A stretch of 64,000 bases of DNA from Antedon mediterranea (GCF_964355755.1 NC_092670.1:6872201-6936200); one strand, 5' to 3'; counted from the stretch's first letter, positions 52,601 through 63,172 are shown. A program made the numbers and translations. Notes: generated from the letters alone by a model not told the origin.

Positions 52601-53164
52601 AATAATAGAATATACCACTTTGAAACTGTGTGTATTTTTGTTTACAGCTGTTTCCTTGTTGTAACCCGTATGTATTACAGCGTAGCATTACCTATTGCAA
52701 TCGCATTACTCTTTAATACGGTTGTCTTTATTATGGTGTTACGCAGCATAAGTAAACTTGGTAAAATAACAGCACAAGCTCACGAACACAACAAAAGCAG
52801 GCACTTACTGCAGAATGCAGCGTGCATATCAGTAATTATGGGATTGACATGGGTTATTGGATTCTTTGCAATTGGTAGTGCCTCCAATGTGATTCAGATA
52901 CTCTTCTGTATCCTGAATTCTCTTCAAGGTTTTGCTATCTTCGTTCTGTATTGTTTAAGAAGTAAGGATGTTCGTATTTTCTGGACAGAAGAGGTGCGTA
53001 AAAGATTTAACGGGGTGTCTTCAACACTTAGAGGAACCAAAAGTAGCTCTATCAATTCCAGTGCAGGTACAACTACTTCATTTGGTTTGAGTTCGTCTAA
53101 AGGGATGAAAACAAATTCGGATTCTAAGATCAATTCAAGTAACAACCAAGAATCAGTTGCTTGA
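1490..53164 (+). CDS. Adhesion GPCR, 5'-incomplete, 28 exons: HYR(3)-YWTD propeller-HYR(7)-EGF-Ig-SEA-HormR-GAIN/GPS-7TM
   Basis: Exons: 1490-1765, 6106-6360, 10282-10566, 10881-11126, 24892-25054, 25377-25513, 25809-26054, 31718-31993, 37080-37334, 38035-38319, 38534-38782, 42990-43244, 44093-44335, 44710-44949, 45190-45303, 45463-45729, 46062-46174, 46539-46740, 46990-47091, 47416-47543, 47703-47852, 47957-48323, 48547-48719, 49093-49260, 50265-50377, 50876-51138, 51350-51416, 52648-53164. Splice phases match throughout and the joined frame is open to TGA at 53162-53164. GPS CHCDHL|TNFAILM followed by family-B-like TM helices. Confidence 0.88.
2590..3260 (-). mobile_element. Decayed Gypsy gag/protease fragment (also ~32820-33560)
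   Basis: Aspartic protease motif [12 protein letters not shown] in ORF 2781-3017; frame broken. Boundaries approximate. Confidence 0.65.
3370..3487 (+). mobile_element. Short Helentron-type non-autonomous element (HINE-like); also 33669-33790
   Basis: AGTCGCGTG subterminal repeat, (GACC/GACA)n microsatellite, 3' palindrome AGTCGCGTCCACGCGACT plus AAAA; same family as 51600-52420. Confidence 0.6.
6106..6360 (+). CDS. HYR exon, type C (putative chimeric exon at the duplication junction)
   Basis: tttag|AT...GAAG|gtaagt; [32 protein letters not shown]. Confidence 0.9.
6576..6619 (-). ncRNA. Minimal hammerhead ribozyme in the Penelope 3' pLTR
   Basis: Minus strand reads GCAC-CTGAAGA-T-TGAG ttcata CTCA-T-GAAA-CAGCCTGTA-GTGC, with all core nucleotides and stems I-III. 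Confidence 0.8.
8725..8768 (+). ncRNA. Minimal hammerhead ribozyme in the inverted pLTR
   Basis: GCAC 8725, CTGAAGA 8729-35, stem II TGAG/CTCA, GAAA 8752-55, GTA cleavage triplet 8762-64, GTGC 8765-68. Confidence 0.8.
8881..8934. repeat. (TA)n microsatellite
   Basis: Direct read; lies between the two Penelope-like insertions. A second tract is at 6506-6530. Confidence 0.95.
8940..9555 (-). mobile_element. 3' fragment of a second, different Penelope-like element
   Basis: Minus-strand translation [19 protein letters not shown]...[11 protein letters not shown] resembles a GIY-YIG C-terminus, followed by a pLTR with a hammerhead. Confidence 0.75.
9067..9103 (-). ncRNA. Minimal hammerhead ribozyme
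   Basis: Minus strand reads GCA-CTGATGA-AGAGC tagtgtt GCCC-GAAA-GCTC-TGC; palindromic AGCT stem III; stem II has a mismatch. Confidence 0.65.
10282..10566 (+). CDS. HYR exon, type B
   Basis: ttag|AT..CAAG|gt; [30 protein letters not shown]. Confidence 0.9.
10881..11126 (+). CDS. YWTD propeller exon 1
   Basis: acag|GA..GGAG|gtaag; FMFVAN..PAAIDYD..LYWSD. Confidence 0.88.
12811..13395 (+). repeat. 5' LTR
   Basis: About 5 differences by eye from 22933-23517; AATAAA at 13316-21. Confidence 0.97.
13526..13730 (+). repeat. Two ~103 bp tandem units in the Gypsy 5' UTR
   Basis: caaaagacaagctgaaat...gaggaagac begins at 13526 and again at 13629. Confidence 0.85.
14118..17358 (+). pseudogene. gag: Gypsy gag interrupted by a LINE
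   Basis: ATG 14118; the frame resumes at 17101 (DTRRSRSP..) with zinc knuckle [13 protein letters not shown] (stop 17251) and ends QDF* at 17358. Confidence 0.88.
14826..17098 (+). mobile_element. 5'-truncated, internally deleted LINE nested in gag (APE-RT-CCHC; clade uncertain, RTE-X-like)
   Basis: VGDFN, VDY and SDH endonuclease motifs; [27 protein letters not shown]; C-terminal [15 protein letters not shown]; (GAATGA)n tail; ATGAT at both junctions. Confidence 0.92.
17349..17394 (+). promoter_or_regulatory. Putative programmed -1 ribosomal frameshift signal (gag-pol)
   Basis: G GAT TTT heptamer just before the gag stop, then hairpin GGGGACTAGAT..ATCTGGCCCC; the -1 frame is open into the protease. 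Confidence 0.65.
17352..22035 (+). pseudogene. pol: Gypsy pol (PR-RT-RNase H-IN) with 2 frameshifts and 1 stop
   Basis: LFDSGS; IDLKSAF; AHHDD; YSDTS..TELE..VDH; H..H..CLRC and SLDF..ISD..E. Breaks near 18330, 19800 and 21496. Confidence 0.93.
22933..23517 (+). repeat. 3' LTR
   Basis: Direct repeat of 12811-13395, preceded by the polypurine tract. Confidence 0.97.
23541..23957 (-). mobile_element. Internal fragment of a different (Gmr1-like) Gypsy pol
   Basis: [23 protein letters not shown] (protease C-terminus) and [14 protein letters not shown]. Confidence 0.7.
24370..24438 (+). repeat. LINE 3' tail remnant with (TTATC)n
   Basis: aatttcc..ggatcaataaaag followed by (ttatc)n, resembling Rex1/Babar-type ends. 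Confidence 0.5.
24892..25054 (+). CDS. YWTD propeller exon 2
   Basis: [34 protein letters not shown]; phase 1-2. Confidence 0.9.
25377..25513 (+). CDS. YWTD propeller exon 3 (missed by the ORF track)
   Basis: [29 protein letters not shown]; phase 2-1; purine-rich acceptor aaaaag. Confidence 0.88.
25809..26054 (+). CDS. YWTD propeller exon 4
   Basis: [27 protein letters not shown]; phase 1-1. Confidence 0.9.
26558..30831 (+). mobile_element. Decayed CR1/L2-group (Crack-like) LINE
   Basis: Coiled-coil ORF1 remnant (26734-26960), PHD-like Cys/His cluster near 27410-27560, APE (HIN.RS, SETW, GDFN, SDH), RT fragments ([18 protein letters not shown]); many frameshifts; (AACTGA)n tail. Confidence 0.9.
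30229..37247 (+). repeat. Segmental duplication copy 2
   Basis: Matches 1-6273; its true left end cannot be seen because copy 1 is cut by the window edge. Confidence 0.95.
31718..31993 (+). CDS. HYR exon, type A (copy 2)
   Basis: Identical by eye to 1490-1765. Confidence 0.9.
37080..37334 (+). CDS. HYR exon, type C
   Basis: Phase 1-1; identical to 6106-6273, then diverges. Confidence 0.9.
38035..38319 (+). CDS. HYR exon, type B (missed by the ORF track)
   Basis: [32 protein letters not shown]; gtag|AT..GAAG|gt. Confidence 0.9.
38534..38782 (+). CDS. HYR exon
   Basis: [30 protein letters not shown]; phase 1-1. Confidence 0.9.
38899..42957 (+). mobile_element. Helentron/Helitron-type non-autonomous element hosting nested insertions
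   Basis: 5' ACCTCCGCC pairs with 3' GGCGGAGGT (42925-33); 3' hairpin GTACTCtcgGAGTAC; terminal CTAG. Confidence 0.6.
39214..42764 (-). mobile_element. Near full-length single-ORF LINE (CR1/L2 group) with 2A-like peptide
   Basis: ORF 40188-42704 has [11 protein letters not shown] (TESW, GDLN, IDH, SDH) and RT (KSPGPDG, QHGF, GVPQGS, YDDD), frameshifting into 39928-40212; AATAAA plus (ATGAT)-type tail; AGCGAT duplication at 39208-13 and 42765-70. Confidence 0.92.
42990..43244 (+). CDS. HYR exon, type C (third copy)
   Basis: [19 protein letters not shown]; phase 1-1. Confidence 0.88.
43347..43552 (+). pseudogene. Truncated HYR type-B exon ending in TAA
   Basis: Intact acceptor; paralog of 38035-38319 up to GDMIP, then a stop and unrelated sequence with no homologous donor. 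Confidence 0.85.
44093..44335 (+). CDS. HYR exon
   Basis: [30 protein letters not shown]. Confidence 0.9.
44710..44949 (+). CDS. HYR exon with GC donor
   Basis: [23 protein letters not shown]; GAG|gcaagt is the donor that gives the required phase 1. Confidence 0.88.
45190..45303 (+). CDS. EGF-like exon
   Basis: [35 protein letters not shown] (six Cys). Confidence 0.92.
45463..45729 (+). CDS. Ig-like exon
   Basis: VTFQC..WRWYKD..LTI..NQGYYYC. Confidence 0.9.
46062..46740 (+). CDS. SEA domain (exons 46062-46174 and 46539-46740)
   Basis: [14 protein letters not shown] and LRSG^SVIA. Confidence 0.85.
46990..48719 (+). CDS. HormR-like and GAIN exons (5 exons)
   Basis: C..LTF..G....CP / C.C..AVW..DC, then helical and beta GAIN segments (IISLSI..NLSDPI); phases consistent. 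Confidence 0.8.
49093..49260 (+). CDS. GPS motif exon with GC donor
   Basis: [21 protein letters not shown]|TNFAILM; ATG|gcaagt. Confidence 0.95.
49555..49855 (-). mobile_element. tRNA-derived SINE with Deu/Nin-like central domain
   Basis: Minus strand has A-box TGGCCGAGCGG, then CTCGGATAAGGACTATAAACC..GCACTTTAAAGAACC. Family assignment is from memory. Confidence 0.55.
50265..53164 (+). CDS. 7TM and cytoplasmic tail (4 exons)
   Basis: [51 protein letters not shown]; Ser-rich tail. Confidence 0.95.
51600..52420 (+). mobile_element. Helentron-type non-autonomous element (HINE-like)
   Basis: AGTCGCGTG subterminal repeat, two (GACA/GACC)n blocks, terminal AGTCGC..GCGACTAAAA. Confidence 0.65.
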
Positions 53165-56100
53165 TTTGCGCATGTTTCTAAATTATTATTGGGACCGCCC
53201 AATCTCTGTAACGGTGATGGTTTCTGTGATTTTAGGTAACGTTCTGTTCTATATATTATAATCATCTAAGGTAAACACAAATCAATTTGATTTAGATACA
53301 CGAGTATAATTGTATCTGGGACCCCGATGTAAACAAACTACTTTTGCTTTAATACTTAATATTAAATATTATTAACAATAATAATTTGCTGTTGTGGTTT
53401 ATTATGGTCGATTATTACAAATATTTTACATCGAATATAATTTATGTAGAACTAGATAGTTTATATTTTAATATTTTTGTCGAATATCATCCTTAATTTG
53501 AAACTTAATTTTTCCTTTGGATATTTTTGAAATAAATAAAACAAAAATAAATATTAAACACTCCGCAAAAAGTGAAGAAAGCCCTTATGGTTTTATAATT
53601 CGAACTTTTTGTTTTGTATTATTATTATGCTCATTATTGTAAATTGTGAATGGTTTATAAAAACACTAGAGATTTTTAATTATGTATTCAGATTTTAGGT
53701 ACATTTGTTTGAACAATCTAATGTCATATTATTATCATTATTTCAAATAATTTGATAGATTAAATAGATAGATTACTAAATCGATATATTACTAACAGTT
53801 TATTACTCAAGGAATCCCGTAATGGATTGCTACTGTAATTAGCATACCAAACATTTAAAGTAATAATACAAATATATATTTTACAGTATGATTTATATAT
53901 ATATATATATACATCTATTATTATTATTACTATTATAATATTATTAGTAATTAAATTCTATCATAATATGATTTGTTTGATTTGAATAAAATCGAAATCT
54001 TTTAGTTATACAGGAAGTAGAGCTAGATAGGTATGAAGTTGCCTTTTCTCTTCTTCTTTTTTATCCAATTATTTTAATGTTTTATATTATAATGTTATGT
54101 TTATGGGGGTTTTTTTGGATGAATAAAGAAAGAAATCAGTTATACAAAAAAAAAAAAAAATTTTAATAATAATAAATAACATGTTTAAAAACAAGATAAT
54201 GGATACTATAGCATTATTACACAGTGCATTATTACACAGTGATATAAAGAATACCCAATGAATGTAACTAGTATAGAATACTATAATAAAATACTTATAG
54301 AAGCTATTGTGTCTGAAGATTCTTGTTTTAAATCGATATGTTTGCCTCATGATTGTAATTTATTTTTTATATGACATTTATGATATCACATTTTATTTCT
54401 CTTTGAACGTATTCAAATATTACAAAAAGACAAAAAAACTTAAGATTATAGATAAACAAAACAATAGGTAACAGCCGTAACTTTATTGTGTTATATTCCA
54501 CTTTCTTTTAATTTACTACAATAACCACTATCACTTATTTCTTTCCACACTTTCGTTTGTTTTTTTTTTGGTGTAGATACTAATACATTTTAATAATACC
54601 GTATGTATATGTGATACATTAAATTCTTTCCGTCTTGTTGGTAAATAATACAAAAAAATAATTGTAGTTTAAAATGTGAGTTAAAATATTCCAGGAAATT
54701 TATATCAGCGTCTACATTTGCTTTTCTTGTTGAGTCGTTCAAAACGTTTAAATTATTCGTTGGTTTCCGACTAGTCAGTGTGAAGGCATAAACTTGCTTA
54801 CCAAACTTTTGAGCAGCAGAAATGAAAGAACGATTACAGCACTTAGGATGTGCTTGAACAGTGTATTTTCGTGTTAACTTTGTATTCTTTAGCTAAATTA
54901 TAAATCAGGTGGTATATGTATATGCAAATTAATCATGCTTGATTTAGTTTGCTTGTTACGTAAGAACAAAAAGATATATTTAGAAGCATGGAGTGAACTG
55001 AGCTGAGTCTAGAGGGTTACTTCAAAGCCTAAAGCTAGCTGATGCCTAGAGTTTAGAGGCTTATCCAGAGAGATATACTTACTCTAGTAGAATACACAGG
55101 ACGATGTTGGTAAGCACTTTATTTATAATACTCTTTTATTTTATATATTATTATTAATTGTCTACAACTAGTTGTTGTCCCAGCCTACATGTAAAATTAC
55201 AAAAAATCAGTAAGGATACCTACCTACAAGTAAACCCTATGATTAACCGATATTGATATAGGTAGGCCTATTGGTAGGCTAGCTAATCTTACGTGTAGTA
55301 GCTACAACGCTGTAATCACGATCTATATACTCACCTTTTTGTGGGAATAATAATGGACAAGGTACTTAATCCATGCTTCGTTTGTTTATGACTTAGTAGA
55401 GTCAGTGACGTATCGCAACTATATATAGCCAGCCAATTCCGGATCAGGGATCGCAGTTTTGATTCGATTAGACCCGGTGATTGGCTGTGATGTGGAAAAT
55501 ATAAATAAATTTTTGAAAATAAAATATTCTGCTTCTTGCGTAAAAAAAGGCAATAACTAACAAACCGCATCGGGTTTCGTATATTAATGCCTTGTATAAC
55601 CATCCATACAAGTCCGATAAAAGTATGACGCGTGAGGGCGCACTTTATTTTATGGAAGGCCATTTTGATTTGTACATTTTTAAACACATATTTGTAAATA
55701 TTTTAGTTTATACTTGGGTTTTCTTTATAAGTTATGTATTTTATTATACAATTTATTGTAAACTATATTTAAATTATTGTATAAACTATTAATTTTGTAG
55801 GTTTTCAGCTTTGTTATTGCATTTTTCAACGGGCGCTAACAGCGTCTCGTAATTTCAGTCACGCTTCGTCGCATTCGCTGTACACACAATAATACGACAT
55901 GAGGCGGTTATAAATTGGGTATAAAAGTCTAATTTTCTCGTAAAATCCCAAGTTTTGCAAGACGCAACATCAAGAAATGTTATTACCTATATACATAGAA
56001 CCTACGGATGAAATTTTATTAGGGTACGTTCTTATACCATGGTGAGGGTGATTTTTGACTGGACTATAGGCCTAGTAAACAATTTTTGATTATCAATTAC

Positions 56101-56310
56101 TCTGAGAATAAATATACTATGAAAAAATGGCTTTAGGGTCAAATTATTTACTTATTAATCTAAAAGATCATATAAGTTTGATTTCCAATGCATCGTATTA
56201 ACTATATGATACAGTTAACGACACGAACCACACAAGCCCGTACGACAATTTTCAACGCAAAACGGCTACATGCGGTCCAGGAGAGGACTTCCCCCACTAT
56301 ACCTTCAGCA

Positions 56311-56547
56311 TGGTTGAGCCTCTCACAAATTAAAATTTGTTTTCCTACGCCAAGATAATATAGTTCTACACGTTATGTTCATTTAAATCTATAAAAAAAA
56401 ATTCTAAGTGCTAAAAATGTTTTATTTTCTCGAAATATTAGGTAGTTTATAATTCGAGTTGTTTATAGATAAATCGTATATCATAAAAAAATATCTAATT
56501 TTTACATGTTTAAAAGAATTTTCGTGAAATTCTGAGAGGCTCAACCA
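56311..56547. repeat. ~20 bp inverted repeat pair (MITE-like)
   Basis: tggttgagcctctcacaaatt and aattctgagaggctcaacca. Confidence 0.4.
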
Positions 56548-57949
56548 CAGAAATATCAGTACATCATATGATTTCATTTTAAGCGAATCGCGTTGGTGTA
56601 TTCGCCGTTGACGGGTAGGTCGTCACGGTTGAAGGATTCTAACAATGCCTCGGAAACGCATGCTACGGTGAAATTGTAGACTATCACTGTAAACAATACT
56701 TAACTGTTGCATGGAGACATAGAAAGACTACACTTAATATATAATATATAAATATTTACCGCCCACCATATTATCTACTAACATTATTTTACCATTTATC
56801 TAATTCAATAATATATTATATTTTTATTTTATTTTTTATTTATTTTTTTTTTCTCTTCAAAATTATATAATGTAACCTAAATCTAAAAAAAATAAATAAA
56901 TAATACAGTACTAAAAATAAGACTAAATAGTATAATAAAAATTGTATCACGTTTAATTAAATTACAAATAACTATTAATATTAAATATAATAAGAACAAA
57001 TAATCATATAAAAGTTGCATTTATTTTAATATATATTTTTTAGTAATAATAATGATAATATATTCGCTTTAAACTTGAAAATATTAATAATACTGATAAT
57101 AAATAGATAATAACATTAACTCCATCATATAGGTTAAGTATTGTTCGATCTGTAAGATTACCTTGTTTTTACTAATTTCATTTTACTTGTATAATTCGCT
57201 TCTTAGTTAAGACTTAAATGTTAATTTTTGATACTTTTCTTTTTGTTTTTACATTGCCTTGTAAATGTGTGCCGCTGATACAAAAGCGTTTGTTCAATAA
57301 ATTTATCTTATCTTACACACACACACACACACACACAGTGCGAACAGTTTCAAAGGAAAATTCCATAGTCTAAGATACGTATCGTGTCGTCGCGAGAACG
57401 TAATAAATACAACAACACGTACGTATTGTTCTTGATTAATAAAAGTACTCGCGCCGGGAGCTAGCCTAGGCTAGGCCGTGTAGGCCTAGGTAGGCCTAGG
57501 TAGACAGAAAGTAGCCGGATAAAATGTCAAAGTAGACGGTCGAATGCGCCGGTTGCCGGCTACTAACGAAACCCGCTTTTTAATAAGTATTTGTTATTCA
57601 TGACAATGGCAATGACAATGACAACTTCTTTTATTGTCTTTGTAAATAAAGTAGATAAATAAACGACAAAATTAACATTTATAATTACAAAATTGATTTA
57701 AACAAAGACAAGGGAAAAATTCTTGAAGCAGATGCTTATAAAAGAAAAAACTCCATTTAAATATAAAATTCATTAATAAATGTGAATCAGCTCAAAATTA
57801 TAATTTCATAGAAGTTTTCCAATAAAATACTACATTTAAATCAAGCAAACGATTTAATTTTTAATTTTGATTTATAAAAGAAGAATGGGTTTACGAATTA
57901 CTTTCTGAAATCAAATGCATAAGAATGGGTTTACTTCATATTTATATAA

Positions 57950-58510
57950 GAAATTAACTGCAAAATATTACTTCTGAACCAGTAACTGATCCTTATGAGC
58001 ATACCGAAGAGGAAAGGATTATTGTACTTGGACGACAAAATTGACTTTAAAGGAGTAAATTTAAAGTTTAAAGCTAGGTCTAACTGTTTAGATCTTGAAG
58101 GAAGAAGATTGGTTGGTACGAGAATTTTAATGGTAGTTGTAAATTATGTATTGAAAATAATAAATATTTCCTTTTAGAATGTCCTGAATTAAATAATATT
58201 AGGTATAAGGTGTTTGATAAAATTAAAACTTATTTATATGAAAACAATCTACAAGATTACTGGGACATATTTTCAAATTGTTCCGCTGACCTAAAACTTC
58301 ACTATTTACTCGATGATTTATTTTCTGAGAATGCCACACTTGGTTCAATTTTTTGACAAGTGTTGTAAGATATATTTAAAAGATTCTTGGAAAAAACGAA
58401 CTGAAATTTTAAATAACCCTGCAAATAATGTTTTGCTTTAGATGCACCGTTAGGTATTGTCTAACGTGTGCCACTGTTACACAAGTGATTCCATTAAATT
58501 GTTGTTGTTG
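57950..58510 (+). mobile_element. Decayed LINE 3' fragment
   Basis: LKFKARSNCLDLEGR and LECPEL remnants; (TTG)n tail. Confidence 0.4.
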
Positions 58511-60440
58511 TTTTGTTTTAATGAAGAAGATCCCTTGTTTAGTTAAGATTTGAATTTATTGCATGGTTATGAAGGTCCCCTTTTTTCTTACGTTAAGACT
58601 TCTTTTGTTCTTGTTCCATTGTTTTCATCCACCTGTTAAAATATGCATAGGTTAGCATTAATGCTTGTATGGGAGAGCAGTATTAAGGAAGGAACTCAGC
58701 TTGTTGTTAGATATACGTTGTTGAATACTACTGAATGATACCTTGTTGGATGCTTTTATAGAATTAAAGCCAGCAATGCAAGTTTACTGTATTGTTATCA
58801 TTATTTTAGTTGTACTTATACCGTAGGCGTAGCCACATTGTTTATCCTGTTGATATGTATTTGCTGTTTTGTTTACTAGAAATGTTCCTATTTTGATTTT
58901 GTATACTGTACAGTAATTTGAACTGTCTTATCCCCATCATTAGCTGGGGATCGTTCTACATTAGCTGGTGTTGATTTTTATTTACTACATGAAAACTGTT
59001 GGTGTTTCTACATTTTAGCTGGGGGGTTTACTACATTAGCGGTGGATTGTTCTACATTGCCGGTTGTTTCGACATTAGCTGGGGTTTTCTACATTAGCGG
59101 TTGTAAATGTAGTTTTATTTCCATACTTTCTTTACAATACAATTCCATAAGTAATAAAGCCAAGATTTTACCGTACCACCAGTTAGTGACGATGATTCGC
59201 TGTTGGTATGGAATGAAATAAAAGTAAATAAATGAATGCGACTACAGTAGTTTTAGGTAATTATAAATTGTGTTAGTAAGATCGACCAATTAACAAGTTT
59301 TACAAGTTTCTATATATTTTATATTATTATCTTACATAGGCTAGCACAATGGAAAAACTTTGGGAAAGATTTCAGCCTTGGATACCTACCTCATCTATCT
59401 CGGATGTACCGTGAAACGTAGATTTGATAAATTTAGCGTTTCCGATCGAATATTGTGGATATCACATGGTGATTTTTACATACTCGCGCGGTAAACTTGG
59501 CTTCCGGGTTCCCTGACATCCGAAAAAATGGTCGTTGGTGGCGACATTCAATATTTTTAATCCTCGATATGTTCGGAAAATACGGATACAGGCACATTGC
59601 GGGGCTGAAATGACTGGCTTTTACTTTACGTGTTAATTATAATTTGATGTTAGTGATTCAACTCATTATTTATTTAAATTTTTTAAGGCCGTTACTTTTT
59701 ACGAACTACTATGTGCTTTTAGTGATTAAACTAATCATAATTGTAAATTGTGACACCCACTCTTTAACAAGGCCACATACATGGCTGCAGTCGCGAGCTC
59801 AAGTTAGTATTTACCGACCAACCGACCGACCAACAAACCGACCGACATAGTAAGCTGTTGAATGTTGAAAAAATGGCACAAACAATGGCATGCTTCCATA
59901 CATCAGGAAATTATTCGATAGAAATAGATAAATCAAATACTTTTATTAATGGAACATAAATGGGAGCTTTGTGTATTGTGATGGGTTTGTCACATGGAAG
60001 TGAGCCCTCTAGAGTAAAGGGGGAGATGAATAAAGATGGACGACAACTACAACGTGTTTTGTTATGTTCTTATTGTTGGTTTCAGCCTAACGAGCGAGCC
60101 CGTAACAGTATATATAACTTGCTAATATGAACTGCATCAGACAGCTACCGATGAGAGATTGTCCAAGGGATACTCAGGAAGATCAAAAGCATCAGAGTAA
60201 TTATACGTCTGGAAAGAATATTTATAAAATAAATTAAAATAAGTACCAACACCACTACACTGTAAAAAATAACTGGGATTTTACACCATTATTTGCGTCA
60301 TTTTATTTCCTCAATGAGGTAAACTCCACTTTTTCTTAATTTGTGGTGTAAAATATAAGATATAGCAGTGGAAAATTATAATATTGCTTGGTTTGGGGTA
60401 ATCTTTTAAGGTTACACTTTCGATCTGGGTGAAGTCCGAC

Positions 60441-62359
60441 CAGGGGTGGCGCCAGGATCTTCCCGACGCGGGGGCTACATTCCCCGACGAGGGGGCTATG
60501 CGAGCGAAGCGAGCATCACAAGGCTGGGGGCCAGGGGGCCGCCAAGGGCCCCCGGTGGGGGTCGAGGGGGCGGAGCCCCCGGAAGCAACGCGTTCTAGCG
60601 TCATTTGAGGTCATTTTAATCAGATTTAGGGTAGCCATTTTTTCCATTTTTTATAATGCATAAATAAAATACTGCGTGCAAAAAAACGATGCGCGATGAC
60701 TGTTTCAATCCATATTTTTCAATTTAAAAAATAAAAGTTCAAAGAAAATTTAGAAAAATAGAGTTGGAGGTCTCGGAAATTGGACTTATTATACTTCAAA
60801 ACATGAAACAAAATATATAAGTCCCTATCATGGTTGTGACTGAGCTAAGAAATGTTTGAAAAATAGAAATGTTTGAAAAATAGAGATGTTAGGTCCCGGA
60901 AAATGCATTTCTTGTACTTGACCAGCTTTATTGTTGGGGCTGAGCTAAGAAAATGTTTAAAACTAGAGCTGCAGGTCTTCAAAAAATTGCATTTTATACT
61001 TTGGAAACATCAGGCCCAGAGGCTTAAAAAACGCAAGCGTAGACCTTTTTCAGTTGGGGAAATAAGTTTATTCCTCCCAAGTGTATGCCTGCGTACCATC
61101 TGGACTTCCGGGTGGTGAGAAATTCATGACATACAGGACATTGAAAATTTAATAACTTAGCTAAGATGTTGGCTAAGCGAAAATGGCATGTTTTTTTGTT
61201 TAGTAATGGATGGAATATTTATTTTAGGTGCCCCACGGTACAGAAGGTTACTTGTAAATTAAAAAATTGGTGAACATACGAACAATTAACATAATTCGTT
61301 TTTGCTGTAGTGTAGCGTACGTTGACACAGTACACGACGTAACCGGTAAACTTCGTCTGGAAAATAACTACAGTACACATTTTGGTCCCTGGATGGAACA
61401 TGATATCACGACCCAGCGTTGAACGATTCGTACAAAGGGATACCGCCAGACAAGTGCGTACCTACAGCTATTGTTTATTAGTAAGTTAGATCGCTGGCAA
61501 TAATGAATGCATATAAAGTGCATAATATCACTCTGACGTACTCTCACGGTCAATGAAACGTCGAGGTTTTCTAGGCGCTGAAGCTACGACGTGAACGCGA
61601 ACGAATTATATTCCCCGACAAAAAGTACCCGAACCGTCGGTAACTTCGCCTGGAAAATAACTACATTACACATTTTGGTCCCTGGATGGAACTTGATATC
61701 ACGCGTCTCGACCCAACGTTGAACGATTCGTACAAAGGGATACCGCCAGACAAGTGCGTACCTAGCTAATGTTTAGTAGTAAGTTAGATCGCTGGCAATA
61801 ATGAATGCATATAAAGTGCATAATATCACTCTGACGTATTCTCACGGTCAATGAAACGTCGCGGTTTTCTAGGCGCTGAAGCTACCAAGTGAACGCGAAC
61901 GTTTTTTACTGTATATTATATTCCCCGACAAAAAGTACCCGTGTTCCCTTCGGTAACCGTCGGTAAACTTCGCCTGGAAAATAACTACATTACACATTTT
62001 GGTCCCTGGATGGAACATGATATCACGCGTCTCGACCCAACGGTGAACGATTCGTACAAAGTGATACCGCCAAACAAGTGCGTACTAGCTATTGTTTAGT
62101 AGTTAGATCTCTGGCAATAATGAATGCATAAAAGTGCATAATAGCCCTCTGACGTACTCTCACGGTCAATGGAACGTCGTGGTTTTCTAGGCGCTGAAGC
62201 TATATGAAGTGAACGCGAACGTTTTTTACTGTATATTATATTCCCCGACAAAAAGTACCCGTGTTCCCCGACGGTGGGGCTAGGCTCCCCGATGAGGGGG
62301 CTAGAGCCCCCGTAGCCCAGAGCCCCCGTAGCCCCCCCCCCCCGCTGGCGCCACCACTG
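60441..62359. mobile_element. Non-autonomous hAT-type element
   Basis: 15 bp TIR CAG(G/T)GGTGGCGCCAG with one mismatch; perfect 8 bp TSD AGTCCGAC (60433-40 and 62360-67). Confidence 0.9.
61340..62265 (+). repeat. Three ~300-320 bp tandem repeats
   Basis: Unit cggtaa..ctggaaaataactaca..ccccgacaaaaagtaccc starts near 61344, 61638 and 61961. Confidence 0.9.
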
Positions 62360-63172
62360 AGTCCGACGGTTACACTTGCAAAAGGGATAAACTTTTCTTG
62401 ATACGAAGAAGGTATCACAATGCGAAGAAAGTTTTCCCCCAAAAATGCGTGAACAGTTTCTCCAAAAGCGCGAGAATTGTGGTTACCCAGAAAGCACGGA
62501 AACTGCAAGGAAAGAATATCATCTACACCAAATCTACATGCGCCACGCGAGTGATTGTCGTCGTGACAGATTTTTTTGGTAAGTTTTGATTTATAAATAT
62601 TTATAAATAAAAAGGCTTGTATAAAGGCAAAACCTACAGGTTAACGTAAGAAAATGTTGTTATTTACTAGGAAATTGTCAAATGAGAGCTAAGACTAAAA
62701 TAAGAATCTAACAATACATCATAGCCTACACTATTCATTGTAAGCTACGAACAACGTGTTAGGCCTATCTTGTCTCTCGGGAGTGCATGCTCTCAGAAGG
62801 GAGGTATACCTCCCCGCTAGAGTATCACATGATTCAATACCCGTATAGGCCTACCAGCGATACGCCATATGACAAGTAACTTTTCTTAACTCAAGACTAG
62901 ATGATGCCTGCACGCTAGCTATATGACCTACTACAGTAGGCCTAGGCATATGCTTTACCAGGGAAGAGTTAAATTAACTCTTCCCTGACTGTACTAACTA
63001 CTAGAGAAAACAGCTAAATTTATATTTAAGATGTTCATACATTTATTATAATTATTTTTAATTGCAATTTGATTATATTTTTCAGATGCTGAACAGTTTT
63101 TTTCAGTATTATTGTTTATGAATGATAATGATATAAATGCAAGTACTATTTACAATGTTTTTATAGATTAGT

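Noticed and set aside
53165-60250. Short ORFs in the AT-rich region after the GPCR
   Set aside because: Low-complexity translations without motifs or a convincing exon chain; only repeat remnants were seen.
61340-62265. Possible CRISPR-like array
   Set aside because: Units are ~300 bp whole-unit tandem copies with no unique spacers and no cas genes; they lie inside a TIR element in a eukaryotic locus.
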